Shown: positions 55,001-64,000 of the stretch, piece by piece | How the letters are laid out: every line of letters starts with the position of its first letter | How positions within the stretch are numbered: the first letter of the stretch is position 1 | NCBI GenBank assembly: GCA_964016885.1 | Contig: OZ024741.1 | Coordinates: 123,132,001-123,196,000 of the forward strand | Direction of reading: 5' to 3' | DNA length: 64,000 nt | DNA from: Eledone cirrhosa | Lineage: Eukaryota | Made by a program: the position numbers and the translations under genes | The notes under the pieces: model-generated | Told to the model about the DNA's origin: nothing | The model's input: only the letters and a program-made list of their open reading frames with translations | The model's database searches: none

Positions 55001-55440
55001 CGCGCGCGCGCGCGTGTGTGGATGGACCAGTATGTTTGTGGTACTGGTAAAAATGGCGTAGATTATTCGATATTTTCAGTCATTTGCCAAAAACGATTCT
55101 CTCAAAAGAACATCAATAACATCAATAACAAAAGAGGTGAAATGATGTATAGTATTGTCATAACAACAAGGCGTGTGTGAGTCCAGATTGTACGTACAGC
55201 AAGGGTAATCCATTAGGCTCTGTCGTATTGGATACTCATGTACGAATATGTATGCACCCATCAATGTGCAATACATGTGTGCGTATGTGTATGTGTGCGT
55301 GTCGGCACGTGTATATCTATAAACATCAAAAGGTATGCAAATTTGTGTATATTTGTGTTGCACTGAAAATATCGAATAATGTACGCCATTTTTACCATTA
55401 CCATAAAAATACTGGTCCATCCACACACCCACATACACAC

Positions 55441-55491
<51 letters not shown>

Positions 55492-55670
55492 TGCACACGC
55501 GCACACTAACATACAGACAGGCATACACACACACACACACACTTCTCCGTATAAGACAAGAGCTGAAAAATATGTTTCAACATGTTTAAATATCCCCCCT
55601 CCCACATACACACCTGTACACACACATTCCTACTAACCTATTCATTTCCATTATCACAACAATGAACCAC
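54763..55670. repeat. Long inverted repeat: arms about 54763-55080 and 55362-55670
   Basis: AACATGTTGAAACATATTTTTCAGCTCTTGTCTTATACGGAGAA vs TTCTCCGTATAAGACAAGAGCTGAAAAATATGTTTCAACATGTT. Each arm includes a (TG)n or (CA)n tract. Confidence 0.93.
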
Positions 55671-58282
55671 AAATATATATATATATTTATGTGTGTGTGT
55701 GAGTGTGCGTGTATTTGTGTTGGTGTGCGTACTCATGTAAGTATTCGTAACCTTTCTTTGAATTTCTCTTTATTAATTGGATCTAAGGATTTTATTATCT
55801 CGGTTATAAGTGAAGTGACCATATTTTCATATGAAATTAAGAGATCTGCATATGTTTAGCTAATTTTCCCATTTATAGCATTCATAAATATATATTCAGA
55901 AATAACAAAGTGTCTTTTCCGAAAGATTACCTAAATTGTACAGTTGAAAATGTATTTGCTTTTGGAAAAGCTGCAGAAGCTTCATGAAGACTTTTAATTT
56001 AATAATACTCATGTGACCGCTCATTCAAATCAAATTCAACTTCTTATTTCTTTTTCATTGTTGATTTGGTCACACATGTTGCTCAACGTGACCCCGTCTT
56101 TACTCTGATTGCAGGACGCGATATTACAAAACAGTCTGTATAAATCGGTAACATGTACCACAATTAAATTGCTTTATGACACCCGCCCACTCACCGGCCA
56201 CTGACCATTATGCATCTGGATGCTCTAGCAATGGTACAAAGCTAAATTCTACAAATAATAACAAATAATAACAAATAATAACTACATTATAGGCAGATAA
56301 ATTAGGAACCAGTTTATCTTCGTTCTAATATAAAAAATATCAGTCAGTTAAATGAATATCTAACACATTATATATATTTTCTTGGAAACTCTCAAATCAA
56401 TTGGTTTATTGAATTCAGAAATTCGCTATGATTCTTCACAACTGACATTTCGTTATCAACGTTTTTGCATTATTCTTCACTTACTATTCAATTATGTTAA
56501 TCCTTATTTTAGCAAACACTTCATAAAATCCTTTTTTAAAATTTCATTGACTCTTTTCTGGAAATAATGTACACAAACACGTTGCCCTCTCAAATGTTGT
56601 TGATCAGACAAAATATTTCATTAATCTATACTGTTATTATATGAATCCAGATAATCTTATGAGAAAATAGGTTTCAGCCAGAAGAAATTCATATTTTGAA
56701 GTACACACAATCATGTATATCGTAAAATGTAAACACAGCATCATTTAATATTTTAGAAGTGCTCTTTGCAATCATAAAGTCCCTTGCTCTGTACCATTAA
56801 ACAACATCTGAGACAAAAAGCATTTACTACGGCTGCAATTAACCCGCGCTTGTGAAAATATTAGCTAACGGCAAAATGTTTGGGAGCCCGTTTATTGAAG
56901 TGTAACTGAAATTAGAAGAGCCTGCCGTTTCAATCAATGTGTCCTGTTTAGCCATCTTGAGAACAGCGTGAAAACTACAGGTGTCAGTGTGATACCTAGG
57001 CCCTTTCCCGTAGTTCCATTGACTGACAGTCCAATGGGTCTTTGTATGTTGAAAACGGTGAAGTGAAATTTGAGGAAGATGAGATGTGGCTTTTATCTGT
57101 AGTATGACGGGCGAATAAATAATGGGTTAGTGTTTATGGTTGCAGTATAAATCGAGGCCAAATCATATATTTCTACTCCAGAAAAATCCAACAGCAAAAC
57201 AACCTTTGATTGCTTTTGGTGTGCTATGCTTTCCATTACGGGCCTGGTATTTTGCAATTTTAAAATGAGTCGCGTGTCTGAAAATATATAAGGACATTTT
57301 AAGAATTACTTGTTTGTATTATCGTGCTGTAAAATATATATAAAATATACTAACACATCCGAATCTTTTTGAACGCATTCAATCTTCCTTGAATGTTTTA
57401 TTGAACACCATCGGCAGGTTATCATGATAAGTATATTAATTTTTTTTTATATTTACCAAAGATGAAAATATAACGTTTTGAAATATGTGAAACCAGCTCA
57501 AGACATTTTTTCTCTAAACTTCAGGAAATTGCTTACTGTCAGTAATAAAAGATTTTAATAATAGGGGTGGATTTTGAATGGAATACTTAACAGAAATTCC
57601 GGACTGTTGCAAGCATATTCTACCAATATATCTGTATACAGCTTTAAATTACATCTACTGAATGTCTTCAATAAAAGATTAGTCGTCTGCTTCCTCTCAT
57701 TAATGGATAAATTTATGTTTTCTATTCATCTCATAAAATTTGTTGAATCCAGTTATTTTTTCTCGTTTCTTCTTCGATGTAAAAGATTAGAGTGTAGTAA
57801 AAATAAACAGTATACGTATTGTGGTCAAAAGTATGTGTAAGTACTATAAAACGGTAACATTATTTATCGTTCATCGGGACACATTTTCATTTTACGATCC
57901 ATTAAACTTAAAATAAAAAAATGTATATATTAAAGACTTACTTATGATTAAATATGCGACAAAAGACGTAAATTAATCAAATAAAAGAAAAATATTTCCT
58001 AATGAATCTAAACTAAATAATACCAACATAAAAAATAAATTAAATATATCTGACGCAATAAAAGTCGAAATAAAAATATATATAACAAGATTCCAAAGTC
58101 TAAATTCAGATGACCATAATAAATAAAATGTAAGATGAAAGGTTTTACAGAGATATATATCACCAAAAAATCGATAATTGTGCAGGTGAATCACGTATTG
58201 GTGGAATGTGGACAAACAGACATGCCCACATACACACTCATACGCATACATATGCTAACACACATTTATATATATATATATA

Positions 58283-58316
<34 letters not shown>

Positions 58317-58426
58317 TATATATTGGTTATTAGAAAAACAAGGCACCTTAGTTGATATATATATATTGGTTATTAGAAAAACAAGGCACCTTAGGGTCAA
58401 AAATACATATATTGTTACTCAAGATT

Positions 58427-58565
58427 CTTTTACACGTGTTTCGATACATTACGTAACTTCCCGTCTGTGAAATCTGTACTATTATATAATAAATTATTTC
58501 CCACTGTTCTGATGCATATATTGTTTTCTAATACAGTATGTCAAAATGTTATCTCATGTAGAAAG
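58427..58565 (-). ncRNA. Decayed hammerhead-like motif with very long stem II loop
   Basis: Minus strand: CUUU-CUACAUGA-GAUAACAUU..(about 95 nt)..AAUGUAUC-GAAA-CACGUG-UA-AAAG. Tail duplicated at 58321-58351 / 58364-58394 next to (TA)n. Confidence 0.5.
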
Positions 58566-58914
58566 TTTCGTCAATAAACTCTTTATTTTATATTTTGGGA
58601 AAGGTTCCAAATCTTTGCCAAATCCTGACGGCTATTATATTTCTGACGTATATACATATACAGACACGACTACATCATCTCGGTCCCAGTTTTTGTGAGA
58701 CTATGAAACAAGATGGAACATGAGTGTTCGGAACCATGCTGTTAAGGTCCTCCATTGGTTCGTTTGTATCAGGTGGTATAATCATTTACTAAATTACTTT
58801 TATCGATTATTGCAGATTTCAATTTATGATTATTGTGGGAAGATAATTTTCTAAAAGCTAAAGTATTCCTAATTCCTAATTCTCAATAATTAATAACTTA
58901 TTGCATGTAAATAT

Positions 58915-59130
58915 CGTGGATTGGCAGTATCGTTAGAGCATCACAGAACATAGCTGTGGTATAGAGTTACGGCCCTTTACGTACTGAGTTCAAATCCTGC
59001 CGAGGTTAACTTCACTTTTTATCCTTACGGGGCCAATAAAATAAAGTATCAATAACACACTGGGGTCGATTGAATCGACTTTCCCCTCCCCACAAAACAT
59101 TTTCCTTGTGCCTAAATCAGAACCCAATAT
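58915..59130 (+). mobile_element. tRNA-derived SINE
   Basis: GTGGATTGGCAGTATCGTTAGAGC..GAGTTCAAATCCTGCCGAGGTTAAC..CACTGGGGTCGATTGAATCGACT. Confidence 0.85.
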
Positions 59131-59865
59131 TGCACTGCATAGTACATATCCCAACAATACAGTCTATGTGTTTACAGTCTATACATTTACAGAAAAAGAT
59201 TTGATTTATTGTAAATATTGTCGGTTTAATATAAAATAAAATAATATTTTTCAAACACATTATGACAAATAAATTCTAGGTTGGATTATAGACATAATCT
59301 GAAAAAAAATATGATACTATAGTGGCAGACTACTATAATGCATACAATATCCCTACTCTATTAATGAACATAATAACACAAATCATGAAATAAGTATAAG
59401 GCCTATCTTCCATAATTTGGTGTGGAATATGCTCGTATATATTTTTTTAGTTTTCTCTCAAATAAAATGCATTTGGCTACCATAGATCGAAGCGTAAGGC
59501 AATAATATTTAAACAGAATTTAAATACACTTGTCATACACAGCAGTGTGACTGATATTCAGTAATTAGAGTGACCTTGATGCTGCGGGGTTAAAAGATAA
59601 CTGAAATGGTTTTATATTGACTGTGGGAAAATGTCAGATGTATATGATTGTATGCTTTAAATGCCATTAATAAGAAAGCAGAAGCCATGTTTGCAACCAC
59701 AGAACTTGTTCGCCTTCTTTGAATGTCAAATATACGTTTCACAAATGACTGATGAACGGATAAATATCGAGTTTCCTTTCGTGTATACAGTATTAAGAAA
59801 CGTTGGCATGATAAGTGTTCCGACTGCCAAAGAAAAGCAATATAACGAATGTATAAGATGGAAGA

Positions 59866-60010
59866 AGGCGGCGAATTGGCAGAATCGTTAGGACGTCGGA
59901 TAGAATGTTTTACGTTATTCACTGCGGCTCTTCACACTCTGAGTTCAAATACCTCCGAGCTTGATGTGTCTTTATACTTCGAGGTCGATAAATAAAACAG
60001 CAGTTCAGTA
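59866..60010 (+). mobile_element. Diverged tRNA-derived SINE
   Basis: GGCGGCGAATTGGCAGAATCGTTAG..CTGAGTTCAAAT..GAGGTCGATAAATAA. Confidence 0.7.
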
Positions 60011-60239
60011 TCGGTTTCGTTTCATTCTGTCTTCCTCATTCTCTCTCTCACTCTCTCTGAAGGAATCCACTTCGAACAACCCTCGAAATGCATGGGCTGC
60101 GTTAGGTTTAACTGCCCGAGAAATATGCCCCACACCACTCTAAAAAGTGTTATGAATCCATAGATACGTGCGTACTTAAGTACGTAATAATACCTACGTA
60201 CGTATATGCATGCATACATGATGCCTGCAACCTCACGCA

Positions 60240-62885
60240 AAGAGTATTGCAATCGCTTGTCAAATTCAGATGTGTGACGCTCAGATATGGCTTTTCAAGG
60301 CTGCTAGAGACTTGCACTTCTTCATACACTGATGGCAACCAGGGCATTGCTTACGCACATCCCGTTTGATCTCGTGCTCTATGCGTCTGTCCTCAACATT
60401 ATGGACCCCATCATTCACCATTCCACACCAAGTTTCTCTTTCAACAGCTTCTATCTCCGAGTCAGACATCATCAAACCAGTTTTTTTCAATGAGTCCTTT
60501 ACACATTCCTTGATTCGGAGCTTTGGTTTGTGAGGTGGTCTCTTACCCTCACAAAGCTCGCCGTACAAACGTTGTTTTGGGAATCGATCATCCTCCATTC
60601 TGCAGAGGTGTCCGGTCCATCGCAATCGCTGTTGGTGGATGATACTCTCAATGCTTTGACACACACTTCTCTCAAGAACCTCAACACCAGTCACATGCAT
60701 CTGCCAATTGATAAACAATAATCTTCCTGAGACACTGCTGGGGAAACCATTCCAGTCTATGGATATGTCGTTTGTAGGCAACACATGTCTCATACACGTA
60801 CAGCAAAGCTGACAGTACACATGCAGCATACACTCGCACCTTGGTCCTCCTTGTGATTCCTCGCCTGCACCAAAGACTGTCGCTGAGCCTTCCAAATGAC
60901 TCATTTTCCTTACTAACACGTGGATCAACTTCTGCAACCACAGAGCAATTCACACTCAGAGTACACCCTAAATACAGAAATGTATCAGCAGAATTCAGCT
61001 TTTGGCCGTTCATTGAACGTTTTATCCGGAGTGTGCAAAGAGATCACAATCATCTGCATACAGAAATTCTCTGATTAAGGTACTGAGTACCTTAGTGTTG
61101 TCAGTCAGACGTCCGACCGTAAACAGCTTGCCGGAAGTGCGATATCAGAGATAGATATCATGTTGACAATACTTGAAAGCCAAGAAGAACGCCATTGCGA
61201 AATACAAGGCAAACAAAGTTGGTGCAGGTATATCACATTGCTTAACACCATTTTCAACCGTTTACCTCCATTACCCATGCCTACATGTAATTGTGGAAGA
61301 GTTTCACTATGTTCGCAAACTTTCCAGGACAGCCCAATCTCTCCGAAATAACCCACAAAGCCTTCCGATTAACGGTGTCAAATGCTTTGGTCAGATCGAC
61401 AAATATTTGGTATAGTCCATGCTCAATGCATTTCTCTTGAAGTTGTTTGGCCGAGAAGATCATGTCATTCAACAGTGCCTCTACCATTCCTTAAGCCACA
61501 TTGGGACTCAGGAAATACCTCAACAGCAATGTGCTGTATGAACCTGTCCAACAAAATCCTGCACAAGATCCCATCCACAGATAGCAGTGAAATACCTCTG
61601 AGCAGATTGTATAAGAGCTTTGTATCATGTCTATCTGAGGCTTTATTGATTTCATCAGGATTTTTTCTCTACAAGGTATCCTGCATGGCTCTCAATCGAT
61701 GTTGCACACGTGCCTTGATCTGCTTGAAGGTCCTGTCACTCCTGTCAGAACGTGTCTCACACAACAATGATGTCAGTATTTGTTGTTTCTCTTCAAGCAA
61801 GGTCTGGATCATTGCATCATTTTCTTCGAACTAGTCTTTATGCTTACTATTGGTATGACGTAAAACTCCAGCTACTGCTGGAGTTTTGGAACTGGCGATA
61901 CGCTTTTAAGACTGATTGTCAGACCTTGCTTCAAGAGAAACAAAAAATACTGACATCATTGTTGTGTGAGACACGTTTTGACAGGAGTGACAATCAGTCT
62001 GAAGAAGCTTATCGTCATGTACCAACCTGCTCCGAATAAAACTTTCAATGAACGGTCAATAGCTGAATTCTGCTGATACATCATAAACGGTTTTCTTCAA
62101 GGATTCCCACGTGTTTTCACATTCCCTGCACTCAAGGGAACTCGACAGCTCAGCTCTGACTTCCTCTGTCTTCAAACGAGCCACGTTTAGTTGTTTTCGA
62201 AGTGCAACCCTCTTCCGCTTTACTTTGGGCTTCACAACAAATTGAAATTTGGCGTGAACCTGACGATGGTCAGTCCAACATTCCGCCCCTCGCAATACAC
62301 GAACCAATGTGGTATCACTGACATCACGTGTCCTCGTTAAAACAAAGTCAATAAGGTGCCATTTCTGTTCCCAACAGCAAGATCCATCTCAGTGCACATC
62401 TCAGTGCACATCTGCAACAGAAGTAGGCCCTTGTTATTGCACTTACCTACTCCATGCCCACCCATCACACTCCAAGCTTCACAGTCATTACCAACACGTG
62501 CATTAAAATCACCAAGGAGGACTATCTTGTCTACATAAGGTATACTATGGATAACCTTTCAAAGACATGTAGGAATCTAGTCTTTAATCACCACTGGCAC
62601 ACATAATAGGAGCGTACGCACTGACCAGAATCACAAAGCGGTTTTGAGTCACAGGGACTCTCATGGACATTATCCGATCATTGAATCCACAAGGAAGATT
62701 TTTCAGCTTTGAGACGATTCCATTCTTGACAGCAAATGCCTTTCTCCTACAACCCTCTGCTCTACCATTCCAATAGAAGGTATGTCCTCCCTTCTGTTCT
62801 ATGAATTGCTCTTCACCTGCCAATCTCGTTTCTGAAAGAGCAACGATGTCCATGTTATAGCGACTGAGTTCCCTCGACACCTTTC
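60240..62885 (-). mobile_element. RTE (BovB-like) LINE, near full length, degraded
   Basis: APE endonuclease (DIVALSETRL, SAYAP, ECWTDH), RT (IFVDLTKAFDTVNRKALW, FLYLG), C-terminus RLRWTGHLCRMEDDRFPKQRLYGEL. Multiple frameshifts. Confidence 0.92.
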
Positions 62886-64000
62886 ATAATATAGATAAAT
62901 AGATAAATACATACATACATATATACATATATATACATACGTATATACATATATACATAATGTCGGCTCCTGATCTATATTTTCTATTCAATTCTGCCCT
63001 AAGAATCTGTGGAATTAGTTTGTTTACGTTTTGTGTAAGGGTCAGTTGTGTATAGTAATCAAGTCTTTTATCGCACAACGGCCTTTTATGCTTAGTTTCA
63101 AAATTTGATATTGTATATAGCTTTCAAAATCTGACAAAACAACAGTTTCATCGATTGAAACTATATATATGTTAGACATTGATGAAGGAAGAGTAATATA
63201 TTATTGAACTTTTAGGTTATTTAATAAATTGTTACAACTGATATTAATTGTAACTTATTTTGTTAAATGTTACACGCTTTGTCTAACATAAATGTGGAAG
63301 TATGATATGTTTGCTTGCCTTCAGTTTTCCAATACCACACAATCAATTTAAGTACATTTAAATAGACAAATACAATTGATATAGCAGAAAGTAATTATGA
63401 AATTGGAATATAGCATTCTTCCTCTAGGCATTTTACAAAATGTTACACATAGATAATGTAACTTTTCTCGTTAGATTTTCCACGTCATGACTCTTTAATT
63501 TTAAATTAGTAAAACTTGATTATATATCAAGCAAGAAATGACTAGAATTCTTTATACCCTGAAATAATCATTAAGACGTGATTTTCTGATTTGTTGATAA
63601 TTATGTTCAGTACATAATCATTAACGTAACTTGTAAAATTTTCATTAAATGTAAGATCTTGACACTGCAAATATTTTTCGTAAATTTAATATTGGAATCG
63701 TTAAACTGTTATCAATTTGAAAATTGGATGGGGTTTTATTTGCATGATTACTAAAATTAGCATATAAAAATCAATATATGAATTAAGAAAAACGCCTATT
63801 CCAAAAATTAAAAAAATGCAATTAAACAAAATTTTTTATTGGAATCATCCAAAATTAAGGGAATTCGACAAATGTGATTAAAATGAATTAATGATGATTG
63901 GAGTTGTCAATTTTGATTTTAATAAGCAGTTATTTATATCTTTGAATACAGCTAACATAACATTAAAGCCAATGGTTATTATAGGTAGAGTAACAAAACT

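Noticed and set aside
63125-63180. CUGACAA..GAAAC(UA)nGUUAGA hammerhead-like string
   Set aside because: Core mismatch and weak stems.

Overview
Eukaryotic, AT-rich, microsatellite-dense DNA with no recognisable host gene. The SINE family and repeat landscape suggest an octopus or other cephalopod genome (inference). The window holds many decayed mobile elements: a Ty3/Gypsy LTR retrotransposon (1-4107), Tx1/L1, R4/Dong, RTE and CRE LINE remnants, a full-length Chapaev3-type DNA transposon with TIRs (36811-39174), a non-autonomous Helitron, about 10 copies of a tRNA-derived SINE, and a nearly intact Penelope-like element (PLE; RT plus C-terminal GIY-YIG, 45850-49960). The main signal not shown by the ORF track is a cluster of type I hammerhead ribozyme motifs from several unrelated sequence families. 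Three look intact and minimal (12812-12855, 19667-19709, 44040-44087). Two in the PLE pseudo-LTRs carry a U3-A8 compensatory core (45863-45956, 49592-49685). Several more are decayed. Most sit in about 250-400 bp islands bounded by (TA)n-type microsatellites, have a palindromic stem-loop III, and often lie beside an inverted copy of their own 3' part. This fits a microsatellite-targeting, retrozyme-like non-autonomous system mobilised by PLEs. All structures were folded by eye and family calls come from motif recognition, not database searches.
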